A stretch of DNA of 61,390 nt, taken from the sequence record DRR723986_8121; one strand, given 5' to 3'. Positions 18,758 to 29,296 of the stretch are shown here, in pieces; within the stretch, counting starts at the first letter, position 1, and the number at the start of each line of letters is the position of its first letter. Made by a program: the position numbers and the translations under genes. A model generated the notes under the pieces. It worked only from the letters and a program-made list of their open reading frames with translations. It was not told the DNA's origin and ran no database searches.

Positions 18758-18765
18758 CAAAGATA
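18758..18765 (-). promoter_or_regulatory. -7 promoter element for kdsA
   Basis: TATCTTTG 25 nt upstream of the start codon. Confidence 0.55.
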
Positions 18766-18770
18766 GCATT

Positions 18771-19130
18771 TTAAAACACCTTTTTAATACTGTTTCTAAT
18801 TATCCAGAGAGACATTACAAAGTTACCAATAACTAAAAGGCCGCCATAAAACAGAAGTTTTTTTGATGAATCACTCTAATGAAAGATATTTAAAATATCA
18901 AAAAGATAAGCCAATATTGAATAAGAAGAGAGGCAAACAAAAATAATCCCGAGCGAAAAATTTAGTTTTCTATTTGGCTTGATTAGTTGCCATAAAAAAG
19001 GAATACCAAATAATAAAATCGGATATGCGGAAATTCCGTCACTCCTGTTTATGTAAGTAAACCAATATACTATTACTGATAAGAAGTATAAATACGGTAT
19101 AAATTTGGTGTATTTGCTAATTACATTCAT
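18771..19130 (-). pseudogene. Membrane protein with an internal in-frame TAG
   Basis: The ORF stops at 18878-18876, but the same frame continues SDSSKKLLFYGGLLVIGNFVMSLWIIRNSIKKVF* to 18771, adding a fourth TM helix. Confidence 0.6.
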
Positions 19131-19292
19131 CTGTTTTGTGTTTTAGGGTTCAGATGTAAGAGCTAAAATTAGCGGTTGATGTATTTTTATTAGGCTATTA
19201 CTATTAATCAAATTGATGACGAAAGATACAAACACAAATTGTCTAATAATTAAATAATAACATATAATTAACGATATACGCATAATTAGACG

Positions 19293-19300
19293 TAACTTTG
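19293..19300 (+). promoter_or_regulatory. -7 promoter element for typA
   Basis: TAACTTTG 23 nt upstream of the ATG. Confidence 0.6.
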
Positions 19301-19323
19301 CGCGCTTAAAATCAGCACCAGAT

Positions 19324-21123
19324 ATGACGAAGATTAAAAACATTGCAATTATTGCTCACGTTGACCACGGTAAAACTACTTTGGTAGATAAGATTATGTA
19401 CCATTGTCAGTTGTTTCGTGAAAACGAAAATACAGGAGACCTTATTTTAGACAATAATGACTTAGAAAGAGAAAGAGGAATCACAATTACATCTAAGAAC
19501 GTATCTGTAATATATAAAGACACTAAAATTAATATTATTGATACTCCTGGTCACGCCGACTTTGGTGGTGAGGTAGAGCGTGTTCTAAATATGGCCGATG
19601 GTGTGTTACTCTTAGTTGATGCGTTTGAAGGTCCAATGCCGCAAACTCGTTTTGTTTTGCAAAAAGCAATCGATTTAGGATTAAAGCCTTGCGTTGTTGT
19701 CAATAAAGTAGATAAAGAAAATTGCACACCAGATGAAGTACATGAAAAAGTATTTGATCTTATGTTTGAACTTGGTGCAGAGGAGTGGCAATTAGATTTC
19801 CCAACGGTTTATGGTTCTGCAAAGCAAAATTGGATGAGTGAAGACTGGGAAAAGCCAACAGATAATATTGAGCCATTATTAGATATGGTTATTGAGCATA
19901 TACCAGAACCAAAAATTGAGGAAGGAACAACACAGATGTTAATTACATCTTTAGACTTCTCTTCATTTACTGGTCGTATTGCTATTGGGAGATTAACAAG
20001 AGGAACATTAAAAGCGAATCAGCAAATTTCTTTGGTAAAAAGAGACGGTTCTATTGTAAAAAGTAAAATTAAAGAGTTACATACATTTGAAGGTCTTGGA
20101 CGTAAGAAAGTAGATGATGTACAAGCAGGAGACATATGTGCTATTGTTGGACTAGAAGGATTTGAAATAGGCGACACAGTTGCAGATATAGAAAATCCAG
20201 AAGGTTTAAAAACTATTGCCATAGATGAACCTACAATGAGTATGTTATTTACAATTAACGATTCTCCGTTTTTTGGTAAGGATGGTAAATATGTTACTTC
20301 TCGTCATATAAAAGAGCGTTTAACTAAAGAGCTCGAAAAGAATTTAGCACTTAGAGTAGAAGATACTGATAGTGCAGATAAATTCATGGTTTTTGGTCGT
20401 GGTGTCTTGCATTTATCTGTATTAATCGAAACCATGCGTAGAGAAGGGTACGAACTTCAAATCGGTCAACCACAGGTAATCATAAAAGAAATTGATGGTG
20501 TTAAATGTGAGCCATTTGAAGAAATGACTATTGATTTACCAGAAACTGTATCCGGTAAAGCTATTGAAATGGTAACCATGCGTAAAGGTGAGATGTTAAG
20601 CATGGAAGCTAAAGGAGAACGTATGGTTTGTGAGTTTATTGTACCATCTCGTGGTATCATAGGATTGAGAAATCAATTATTGACTGCAACCGCTGGTGAA
20701 GCTATTATGGCGCATCGTTTTGTTGATTACAGACCACTAAAAGGGGGAATTCCCGAACGTTTAAACGGATCCTTAGTTTCTATGGAAAACGGTCAAGCCA
20801 TTCCTTATTCTATTGATAAATTACAAGAGCGTGGAAAATTCTTTATTGATCCAGGTGAGGATATCTACGAAGGTCAGGTAATTGGTGAGAATTCTCGTGG
20901 AGACGATATGGTTGTTAACGTAACAAAAACTAAAAAATTAAGTAATGTACGTTCTTCAGGAGCTGATGATAAAGCTAAAATTGTACCAGCAATAAAATTC
21001 TCTTTAGAAGAAGCTCTAGAATATATTCAAAAGGATGAGTATGTTGAGGTAACACCTAATCATTTAAGACTTCGTAAAATATTATTGAAAGAAGTAGATC
21101 GTAAGCGTAATAAATCAATTTAA
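19324..21123 (+). CDS. typA: Translational GTPase TypA/BipA
   Basis: AHVDHGKTT, RGITI, DTPGHADFGGEVER, NKVD and GRGVLHL motifs; 599 aa. Confidence 0.98.
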   Translation: MTKIKNIAIIAHVDHGKTTLVDKIMYHCQLFRENENTGDLILDNNDLERERGITITSKNVSVIYKDTKINIIDTPGHADFGGEVERVLNMADGVLLLVDAFEGPMPQTRFVLQKAIDLGLKPCVVVNKVDKENCTPDEVHEKVFDLMFELGAEEWQLDFPTVYGSAKQNWMSEDWEKPTDNIEPLLDMVIEHIPEPKIEEGTTQMLITSLDFSSFTGRIAIGRLTRGTLKANQQISLVKRDGSIVKSKIKELHTFEGLGRKKVDDVQAGDICAIVGLEGFEIGDTVADIENPEGLKTIAIDEPTMSMLFTINDSPFFGKDGKYVTSRHIKERLTKELEKNLALRVEDTDSADKFMVFGRGVLHLSVLIETMRREGYELQIGQPQVIIKEIDGVKCEPFEEMTIDLPETVSGKAIEMVTMRKGEMLSMEAKGERMVCEFIVPSRGIIGLRNQLLTATAGEAIMAHRFVDYRPLKGGIPERLNGSLVSMENGQAIPYSIDKLQERGKFFIDPGEDIYEGQVIGENSRGDDMVVNVTKTKKLSNVRSSGADDKAKIVPAIKFSLEEALEYIQKDEYVEVTPNHLRLRKILLKEVDRKRNKSI

Positions 21124-21183
21124 GTATTAAATCATTATCTTTCTGTCGTACATTTTTAAATTTCGAATTTTTAGAACGAGTTA

Positions 21184-22131
21184 ATGATTCAGAAGGCTTA
21201 CAAAATTGAAGTTTATTCAGAAAACGATTTTGAGTTATGGAATGATTTTGTAGCAAAAGCAGCGAACGCAACATTTCTATTTCATCGTAATTTTATGGAC
21301 TATCACAAGGATAGGTTTCATGATTATTCCTTATTGATATATAACAATAATGAGCTTATCGCTTTACTGCCGGCAAATAAAGTAGAGAATGAGTTGCACT
21401 CTCATCAAGGGTTGACCTATGGCGGATTGATTATTGCCCAAATGGTTTCTGAAAAAGAGGTTGGTTATATTTTTAACGCTTTACTAGAGTTCTTAAAATC
21501 TAAGGCGTTTGCCCTTCTTTGTATAAAACAATTGCCAGATTTTTATTTTATATCCTCTTCTAATAAGGCTATACCTAGTAAATTGTCTGACAAGGTTTTT
21601 AAATCTAACAAGATATTAGCAGCTGATTTGAAAGTAGAATTAAATTTTCATAAATCTAAGCTTAAGAATTTCAGAAAAGCCGAAAGAAATAATGTAGAGT
21701 TAAGAGAAAGTGAAACACTTGATGATTTTTGGAATAAGATTCTTAAGCCAAAGTTGAAGGAGAAATATAATTCAAAGCCAATTCATACATTAGCAGAAAT
21801 TAGTTATTTAAAAGATAAATTCCCAAATCAGATAAGACAATTTAATGCCTATTTAAATGATGAAATCATCGCAGGAATAACACTTTTTGATAAAGGTAAT
21901 GTTGTAAAATCACAGTATGGCGCAGCATCTCAAATAGGTGAAGACAATAAGGCGATTGATTATCTGTTTATAAGATTATTAAACAAGTTTAAGAATGAAG
22001 GCAAAAGCTTTTTTTCAATGGGAACAGTATCTAATACTAGTAAAAAAGGCTATAATGAAGGCATGCTAAAACAGAAACAAGAATTAGGCTGTAAAGTGTT
22101 TGAGCAAGATATATATAAGATGACTTTATAA
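21184..22131 (+). CDS. FemAB-like GNAT N-acyltransferase
   Basis: [25 protein letters not shown] and QYG motifs; double-GNAT length; TAATG-coupled to the aminotransferase. Confidence 0.7.
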   Translation: MIQKAYKIEVYSENDFELWNDFVAKAANATFLFHRNFMDYHKDRFHDYSLLIYNNNELIALLPANKVENELHSHQGLTYGGLIIAQMVSEKEVGYIFNALLEFLKSKAFALLCIKQLPDFYFISSSNKAIPSKLSDKVFKSNKILAADLKVELNFHKSKLKNFRKAERNNVELRESETLDDFWNKILKPKLKEKYNSKPIHTLAEISYLKDKFPNQIRQFNAYLNDEIIAGITLFDKGNVVKSQYGAASQIGEDNKAIDYLFIRLLNKFKNEGKSFFSMGTVSNTSKKGYNEGMLKQKQELGCKVFEQDIYKMTL

Positions 22132-23231
22132 TGATAGAGTTTTTGAATTTACATAAAATTAATGCAAGACATGAAGAAGCGTTTAAAAGCTCCTTCGATT
22201 CATTTTTAGATTCTGGTTGGTATATCCTCGGAAATAAAGTGAAGCAATTTGAGAATGACTATGCAAAATATTGTGGCACTAAGTTTTGTGTTGGCACAGC
22301 AAATGGACTAGATGCACTTACTTTAATATTCAAAGCATTTATTCATTTAGATAAATTAAAGGAGGGTGATGAGGTATTAGTACCAGCCAATACTTATATA
22401 GCTTCTATCTTATCTATATTACAGGCCAATTTAAAACCAGTTTTTATTGAGCCAGATCCAATTACATTTAATATCTCTACAGATAATCTTCAAAAACATA
22501 TAACGGCAAAAACTAAAGCCATTTTAGTTGTTCATTTGTATGGGCAATTAGCAGATATTCAAGCCATTGATGAAATAGCAGAATTAAATAATTTATTAGT
22601 TGTTGAAGATGCTGCCCAAGCTCACGGAGCCAAATCTACAGACGGACTTAGAGCAGGTAATTTAAGTGATGCCGCTGCGTTTAGTTTTTATCCTAGTAAA
22701 AACTTAGGAGCTTTGGGAGATGGTGGTGCGGTGACCACTAATAATAGAGCATTAGCAGATACTATCTGTAAGCTTAGAAATTATGGAGCTTCTTCAAAAT
22801 ATGTTAATGACCTTATTGGTGTTAATTCGCGTTTAGATGAAATTCAGGCGGCTTTTTTGAGTGTAAAACTTCCACTTTTAGATTCAGATAATGAAAAACG
22901 CAGAAGTATCGCCAAAAAATACCTTTCCAATATTAAAAACGACAAGATAAGGTTGCCTTATTATGATGGAAGTTTAAATCATGTGTTTCATGTATTTACT
23001 GTTCAGGTAGAAGATAGGAAGGGATTTACGTCATATCTTAAAACTAATAATATCGGATTCTTAATTCATTATCCTAAACCACCTCATAAACAAGCTGCGC
23101 TAAAAGAATATGCTCATTTAAACCTCCCTGTTACAGAACAAATTCATAACTCTGTAGTGAGTATTCCTATTAGTCCTGTAATGACTGAAAGCGAAATTGA
23201 TAAAGTTATAAATACTATCAATTCGTATTAA
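22131..23231 (+). CDS. DegT/DnrJ/EryC1/StrS sugar aminotransferase (FdtB/QdtB-like)
   Basis: [24 protein letters not shown] and [10 protein letters not shown] motifs. Confidence 0.92.
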   Translation: MIEFLNLHKINARHEEAFKSSFDSFLDSGWYILGNKVKQFENDYAKYCGTKFCVGTANGLDALTLIFKAFIHLDKLKEGDEVLVPANTYIASILSILQANLKPVFIEPDPITFNISTDNLQKHITAKTKAILVVHLYGQLADIQAIDEIAELNNLLVVEDAAQAHGAKSTDGLRAGNLSDAAAFSFYPSKNLGALGDGGAVTTNNRALADTICKLRNYGASSKYVNDLIGVNSRLDEIQAAFLSVKLPLLDSDNEKRRSIAKKYLSNIKNDKIRLPYYDGSLNHVFHVFTVQVEDRKGFTSYLKTNNIGFLIHYPKPPHKQAALKEYAHLNLPVTEQIHNSVVSIPISPVMTESEIDKVINTINSY

Positions 23232-23337
23232 AAATCTATAAAATTGGATTTTTGATTCTACATATCTCAATTCATACATTTTATATTATCTTAGGTGCTT
23301 TAAGAATGGATTTTTAGAGTTGAATCATAGTTTTTAA

Positions 23338-23907
23338 ATGATAAAAAAAGTAGTCATAAAATTGTTCTTGTTTTGCCGTAAATTAACCTATAGTTTTTTA
23401 TCTAATTGTAGGAATATTTCGGGCAATTATAAAGCTGTACAACCTGTTGTTTTAAGAGGCAAAGGAAAAATTAATTTTGGGACAGGAGTGAGTTTTGGAA
23501 TAATGAATTCACCTCATTATTTTAACACATATGCCTACTTAGAAGCCAGAGGTGAAAAGGCTATAATTACAATAGGTGATAATGTTTTAATTAATAATGC
23601 TTTTGCAGCAACGTCTGAAAAAGAAATCACTATAAAGAACGATGTTTTGATTGGCTATAATTGTAGTATTGTAGATAGTAATTTTCACGATTTAAATCCA
23701 GCCAAGCGATCTCATACAGATCCTAATCCTCAACCTGTTATCATTGGTGAAAATGTTTTTATTGGCAATAATGTGTCTATATTAAAAGGATTAACTATTG
23801 GAGACAACAGTGTCATTGCATCAAATACAGTTGTGACAAAAAGTTTTCCTTCAAATGTGGTTATTGCAGGAGTACCAGCAAGAATCATTAATAAAATTGA
23901 GGAGTAA
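23338..23907 (+). CDS. Hexapeptide-repeat (left-handed beta-helix) acyltransferase
   Basis: IGDNVLI, IGENVFIG and IGDNSVIA repeats; AGVPAR. Confidence 0.88.
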   Translation: MIKKVVIKLFLFCRKLTYSFLSNCRNISGNYKAVQPVVLRGKGKINFGTGVSFGIMNSPHYFNTYAYLEARGEKAIITIGDNVLINNAFAATSEKEITIKNDVLIGYNCSIVDSNFHDLNPAKRSHTDPNPQPVIIGENVFIGNNVSILKGLTIGDNSVIASNTVVTKSFPSNVVIAGVPARIINKIEE

Positions 23908-23917
23908 AAATTAGTAT

Positions 23918-24313
23918 ATGGAAGTGCAATTAATAGATTTGCCAAAAATCGAGGATAGACGAGGTAATATTTCTGTTATAGAAAAAGAGTGTTTACCCTA
24001 TGATATAAAACGCGTTTATTATTTATATGATGTACCTAGTGATGCCTACAGAGGAGGTCATGCACATATAGATCAGAAAGAATTCTTAGTTGCATTAAGT
24101 GGTAGTTTTGAGGTTATATTAGATGATGGAAAAGACAAAGAAGTTGTTATGCTAAATAAACCTTTTCAGGGACTATTAATACCAAATGGTGTATGGAGAG
24201 AACTTAAGAATTTTTCTTCTGGTAGTGTTTGTTTAGTGCTATCATCTGATATTTACATCGAAGAGGATTACATAAGGAATTATGATGATTTCTTAGATTT
24301 CGTTAAAAGCTAG
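23918..24313 (+). CDS. dTDP-sugar 3,4-ketoisomerase (FdtA/QdtA cupin)
   Basis: DRRGN, KRVYYLYDVP, RGGHAH and YIRNY motifs. Confidence 0.9.
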   Translation: MEVQLIDLPKIEDRRGNISVIEKECLPYDIKRVYYLYDVPSDAYRGGHAHIDQKEFLVALSGSFEVILDDGKDKEVVMLNKPFQGLLIPNGVWRELKNFSSGSVCLVLSSDIYIEEDYIRNYDDFLDFVKS

Positions 24314-24369
24314 TTAATCAATTATTTCAATTTTTTAAGAGAAAAGTTGATGTCCTAAATTTCTACTTA

Positions 24370-25677
24370 TTGAAAAAGTTTATTCATTATATAAATACTG
24401 AAGTTTTAATTAAATCTGCTAATCTTAATACAGCTAATATTAGTGTTAAGATATTTGCCGGACTTATAATCACAAAATTTATAGCCGTTTTTATTGGTCC
24501 AGAAGGCATGGCATTGATAGGGAATCTTAGAAATTTTCTCAGTGCAATACAATCTTTTGCAATTGCAGGATTATACCAAGGTGTAGTAAAGTTTATAGGG
24601 AAGTTTAAGAATAATGTTGTAGAACTTACTAAAACAATATCTACCGTTTTTTACTTTGGCTTTTTCTCTTCAATGTTACTATCGCTACTATGCTATTATA
24701 ATGCTGACTATTTAAATAATCTCATTTTTCTTAATAATGATTACACTTATGTTATTGAGTATTTGGCTTTAGTACTGCCTTTCTATGCATTAAACATGTT
24801 TGTGTTTTCAATAATGAATGGATTTTCAAAATATAAAATCCTAATAATCATTAACATAATTGGTCAGGTATTAGGATTGTTGGTAACAATTCTATTAATC
24901 TGGCAAAACAACATAGATGGTGCTTTGATTGCTGTAATTATAGCTCCTGCACTGAACTTATTAATTACAATTGTAGGTATTTTATACAGGAAAAATCTAA
25001 TGTCCTCAATAAATATTAACAGTTTTAATTTTACAACCTTAAAAAACTTAAGTCCGTATATGATAATGGCTTTAGTTTCTGCAATTGCAATACCAATAGT
25101 TTTAATAATTATAAGAAATTATCTTATTACAGAAATAGGTATTAAAGAAGCAGGATATTGGGAGGCTATGAATCGTATATCCAACTATTATCTAATGTTT
25201 ATTAACTCTTTGGTTACACTATATATCTTACCACGATTTGCTGAGTTAAACACGAAAAAGGCATTTAGAAGAGAAGTTTTTAATTTTTATAAAAGTATTA
25301 TGCCCTTGTTTGGCGCGTTATTACTTATAATATATTTTACCAGAACATTTGTCGTTAGCTTTTTACTTAATGATGAGTTTAGACCTGTTGAAGATTTATT
25401 TGGTTATCAAATATTAGGTGATTTTATGAGAATATTATCTATGGTTATAGCTTACCAGTTCTTAGCTAAAAAGATGTTCTCACATTTTATTATTCTTGAA
25501 GTATTTTTATTTGTAATCATGTATTTTTCAAGCGTCTATTTGATAGATGTTTTTGGGCTTAAAGGTGCAGTAATGGGTCATTGTTTGAGTTATTTTATGC
25601 ATTTTGCAATAATATTACTGATATTTGGTAGTTCTCTCTTTGGTGTATTAAACGAAGAAGATAAAAGCCATTATTAA
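24370..25677 (+). CDS. Wzx/WzxE-like oligosaccharide flippase 1
   Basis: About 12 TMs; GPEGMALIG, GYWEAM and QILGDF motifs. Confidence 0.88.
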   Translation: MKKFIHYINTEVLIKSANLNTANISVKIFAGLIITKFIAVFIGPEGMALIGNLRNFLSAIQSFAIAGLYQGVVKFIGKFKNNVVELTKTISTVFYFGFFSSMLLSLLCYYNADYLNNLIFLNNDYTYVIEYLALVLPFYALNMFVFSIMNGFSKYKILIIINIIGQVLGLLVTILLIWQNNIDGALIAVIIAPALNLLITIVGILYRKNLMSSININSFNFTTLKNLSPYMIMALVSAIAIPIVLIIIRNYLITEIGIKEAGYWEAMNRISNYYLMFINSLVTLYILPRFAELNTKKAFRREVFNFYKSIMPLFGALLLIIYFTRTFVVSFLLNDEFRPVEDLFGYQILGDFMRILSMVIAYQFLAKKMFSHFIILEVFLFVIMYFSSVYLIDVFGLKGAVMGHCLSYFMHFAIILLIFGSSLFGVLNEEDKSHY

Positions 25678-25687
25678 AACTGACTCA

Positions 25688-26977
25688 GTGAAACTTCCAA
25701 AGTTTATAGGAAACAACCTTGTATTAAAGATAACTTCTTTAAATGCTGTTGTAATCACAATTAGATTGGTGGTTTCAGTCTTTATTCAGAGACTTCTGGC
25801 TATTACAGTTGGTGAGGCAGGTATAGCCAACATTGGGCAAGTTAGAAATCTTGTAGCAATGCTAACAAGTACATCTACTCTTGGAACATTTAGTGGTGTT
25901 GTAAAGTATGTGGCAGAATTTAAAGAGAATAATGCTGAATTAAATAAGTTTTTTTCAACAGCAACACTTTTCGCTTTTATTGGCTCCGTAGTAAGTGCCC
26001 TAATATTATTTTTTGGAGCAAAATTCTTCTCCATTTACGTATTTAGTTCAGAGGACTATGTCTATGTTTTTAAATTACTTGCTGTAATTGTGCCTTTCAT
26101 TGCAATTAATAGAATGGTAAGCGGAGTTGTTAATGGTCTGTCTGATTATAAGCGTTATGCCAAAATTGAGTTAGTAAGTTACCTTTTAGCTACTGTAGCG
26201 ATATTAATTGGGTTGTATACATCTAATCTCAAAGGTGTTATAATAGCGATTGCTATAGCACCGGTAATACAACTGATAGTCCTAGGATTTGTCTTTGGAA
26301 AAGTATTGAAAAAGCACCTTCAATTGAAGGGAGTTAAATTTTATTTAAGATATAAAAATCAACTACTTGCTTTTACCTTAATGTCTTTTGTCTCGGCTTT
26401 TTTAATCAATTTTATAGAATTAGATATTAGAACTTTAGTAGCTAATAAATTAAATATTAATGAGGCGGGTTATTGGACAGCAATTACTTTCATTTCTAAA
26501 AATTATATGGTATTTGCAACTGGTTTATTTACGTTATATGTGTTGCCGAAATTTGCAAGTATCCATAGTAAATCCGAATTTATAATAGAAGTGCTTCACA
26601 TATATAAGTCTATTCTTCCCTTGTTTGGTTTAGGAATGATATTGGTTTATTTATTAAGAACTTATATAATTAAATTTGTTTATCCAGAGTTTGAAGGTAT
26701 GGAACCTTTGTTTAAGTGGCAACTGCTAGGTGATTTTATAAGATTAGCAGCGTTAGTTTTGTCATATCAGTTTTTAGCAAAAAAATTGGTTCGAAGTTTT
26801 GTGTTTACAGAGTTAATTTCACTAGCGTTATTTTATTTTTTAACACAAGTCTTTTTAAAAGACTTCGGTACAGAAGGTGTTGTTATTGCACACTTTGTTA
26901 GATCTATCATTTGTTTTGTCATTATTGCAATATTGGTTTGGGTAAATATGGAAAGAATACAGCCTAAAACTACTTAA
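25688..26977 (+). CDS. Wzx/WzxE-like oligosaccharide flippase 2
   Basis: Paralogue of the preceding gene; GVVKYVAE, GYWTA and WQLLGDF motifs. Confidence 0.88.
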   Translation: MKLPKFIGNNLVLKITSLNAVVITIRLVVSVFIQRLLAITVGEAGIANIGQVRNLVAMLTSTSTLGTFSGVVKYVAEFKENNAELNKFFSTATLFAFIGSVVSALILFFGAKFFSIYVFSSEDYVYVFKLLAVIVPFIAINRMVSGVVNGLSDYKRYAKIELVSYLLATVAILIGLYTSNLKGVIIAIAIAPVIQLIVLGFVFGKVLKKHLQLKGVKFYLRYKNQLLAFTLMSFVSAFLINFIELDIRTLVANKLNINEAGYWTAITFISKNYMVFATGLFTLYVLPKFASIHSKSEFIIEVLHIYKSILPLFGLGMILVYLLRTYIIKFVYPEFEGMEPLFKWQLLGDFIRLAALVLSYQFLAKKLVRSFVFTELISLALFYFLTQVFLKDFGTEGVVIAHFVRSIICFVIIAILVWVNMERIQPKTT

Positions 26978-28130
26978 TCTGTGTTAGCCATATATTTAAA
27001 TACTGCTTGGCACAATCTATATGATTATGATATTGTTCTACAAACTGTCTTCCTTTTAGAGAAATGTCTTTAATTTTTTTGGGATTATTAATAAGCCATT
27101 CAAGTTTATTTGCAATTTGTAGAGCATCTGGTAAGGCATTAATGGCCACTTCGTCCTCCTTAAGGTTATAGTAATCTAACCATTCTTGTTCTGCACCAGT
27201 AAATACCAATTTGCCTTTTGCCATAGCTTCTAGAGCATTAAATCCTTGATCATATGCGTAAACTTGATCTAGTAAAATATGAGCTCTATCAAAACTCTTT
27301 ATGTAGTCTTTGTAAGGTAAATTTTTAGCAATTACAATTTCAACCTTTTCAGTATATTTTTTAGAAATTATACTTAGGGCCTCATCAAAAATATCATTTC
27401 CCTTTTTATAATAATTAAAGGTATTGATGCCATGAAATATTATAATCTTATCATGTATTACAGGAGTTTGGTATTCCAAATCAAAAACATTAATAGCATG
27501 TGGTACCATCCCTAGATATTTGTCGAAACCAATAAGAGGTAAATGGTAATCGAGATCATTAGAAATGACACCTTTAATTGTATTAAAGATGTGTTTATGT
27601 AAATCTAAATGCTCATCTGATAAATAACTTAAGGCTGGTGAAAAATCACTTTTACTGCCCTTGTTTTCAAAATATGGTGTTAAGACTGAATATCTAAATT
27701 TCTTATCGTAGGCATACTTAACACTGGGATAATCTAAGCCAGCAGAAAGTAAAAATGTATACTTGTTCCAATGGCTTATCCAATTAAAAATTTGTTTTTG
27801 GTGTTTACGATGGAAGTCAAAGGGTGCTTCATTCACAAACTGTACAATATCAAAACCAGATAGTTCTTCTTTTTTAGCCTTAATTTGTCTTTTGATGGAA
27901 ATGGCAGAAATATCAACTTTAAACAATTTATAAACTAAGATTCTCAGTTTTTTGAGAAAATAGGACTTGTAAGGGTCTATTAATTCTATATCAACATCAA
28001 CTCTTTTAAAACCATCTCTATTACTTACAACTATACAATGGTGACCAAGTGCTTCTAACCCAAGTTTAATGTTTCTTTGGGCTCTATTAAACTCACCAAA
28101 AAGTAAAACTCTTAGTTGTTGATTTTTCAT
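26970..28130 (-). CDS. Glycosyltransferase (GT-B fold)
   Basis: KKG and LDQVYAYDQGFNALEAMAKG motifs. Confidence 0.8.
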   Translation of the reverse strand: MKNQQLRVLLFGEFNRAQRNIKLGLEALGHHCIVVSNRDGFKRVDVDIELIDPYKSYFLKKLRILVYKLFKVDISAISIKRQIKAKKEELSGFDIVQFVNEAPFDFHRKHQKQIFNWISHWNKYTFLLSAGLDYPSVKYAYDKKFRYSVLTPYFENKGSKSDFSPALSYLSDEHLDLHKHIFNTIKGVISNDLDYHLPLIGFDKYLGMVPHAINVFDLEYQTPVIHDKIIIFHGINTFNYYKKGNDIFDEALSIISKKYTEKVEIVIAKNLPYKDYIKSFDRAHILLDQVYAYDQGFNALEAMAKGKLVFTGAEQEWLDYYNLKEDEVAINALPDALQIANKLEWLINNPKKIKDISLKGRQFVEQYHNHIDCAKQYLNIWLTQIK

Positions 28131-28159
28131 TTAATATATTTACGCCGTATTTATTGACT

Positions 28160-29254
28160 ATGCAAAGTAAACATAAAAAAAGAATCTGTATCGTATCTAG
28201 GTCGCTGAGTGAAGGTGGAGCAGATAGAGTGGCAGCAATGCAATCTATTTTTTTACATAACCTAGGTTACGATGTTTACATAGTCACCATATTAAATAGT
28301 ATTAAATATCCTTATAAGGGTGAGTTATTTAATTTAGGAGAATTAAAAGAAAAGAATGATACTGTATTAGGGCGATTTAATCGTCTATTAAAATTTAGAA
28401 AATTTCTAAAAACTCAGAACATAGACCTGGTGATAGACCATAGAGTGCGAATTAAATCTTCTTCAGAGTACATAATTTCGGGTTTTATTTACGGCAAGAA
28501 TGTAATTTACATGGTCCATAATTATACTATTGAAAGGTATTTTCCAAGTATAAAATGGTTAACAAAGTATTTCTACAAAAAGGCTATTAAAATTGTTGCT
28601 GTTTCTGAAGGGATAGAACGTCTAATAAGAGATAAGTATAATTTTAAAAATGTATCCACAATTTATAATCCTATAGATATTGACTACATTAATTCTTTAA
28701 AATCTGAAAAAACAAGGATTGCATTTCCATTTGTTTTATGGTATGGACGGTTTGAAGAAAATCAGAAGAATTTATCACTTTTATTAGAAGCTTATAAGAT
28801 GTCGTCTTTGACTAAATATGGAATAAAACTAGTCTTAATGGGAGATGGTAAGGATAAGGATCTCATAAAAGATAAGATTATCTCTTCTCATCTTGAAAAT
28901 TCAGTTGTTATAATGCCATTTTGCACTAATCCGTTTACTTATATTAATGAGGCCAAGTTTACATTGTTGTCGAGTCGATATGAAGGGTTTCCAATGACTG
29001 TTTTAGAGTCTTTAGCGTGCAGTACTCCTGTTGTTAGTGTAAGGTATAAGAATTCTGAATTTGGTGTAATTAAGGATGGTTTTAACGGTTTATTAGTCGA
29101 TAATAATCCAGAAGCCTTAGCAGATGGTATGAATCAATTAGTTGAAAATGAAAGAACATATCTCAACTGTAAAACTAATTCAGTTAAAAGTATAGAGCCA
29201 TATTTGGTTTCAGCCATTGCAGATAAATGGAAAGGCTTAATAGAGTCATTCTAA
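28160..29254 (+). CDS. Glycosyltransferase family 4 (ORF open from 28154)
   Basis: GGADRV, GRF..QKN and SSRYEGFPMTVLESLA (EX7E) motifs. Confidence 0.9.
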   Translation: MQSKHKKRICIVSRSLSEGGADRVAAMQSIFLHNLGYDVYIVTILNSIKYPYKGELFNLGELKEKNDTVLGRFNRLLKFRKFLKTQNIDLVIDHRVRIKSSSEYIISGFIYGKNVIYMVHNYTIERYFPSIKWLTKYFYKKAIKIVAVSEGIERLIRDKYNFKNVSTIYNPIDIDYINSLKSEKTRIAFPFVLWYGRFEENQKNLSLLLEAYKMSSLTKYGIKLVLMGDGKDKDLIKDKIISSHLENSVVIMPFCTNPFTYINEAKFTLLSSRYEGFPMTVLESLACSTPVVSVRYKNSEFGVIKDGFNGLLVDNNPEALADGMNQLVENERTYLNCKTNSVKSIEPYLVSAIADKWKGLIESF

Positions 29255-29296
29255 CAAACAAAGGCTTAAGGTTAATTAATTATCCTAAATGAGGAT

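Noticed and set aside
19143..19343. 66-aa - strand ORF
   Set aside because: Overlaps the typA promoter and start; no recognisable protein features
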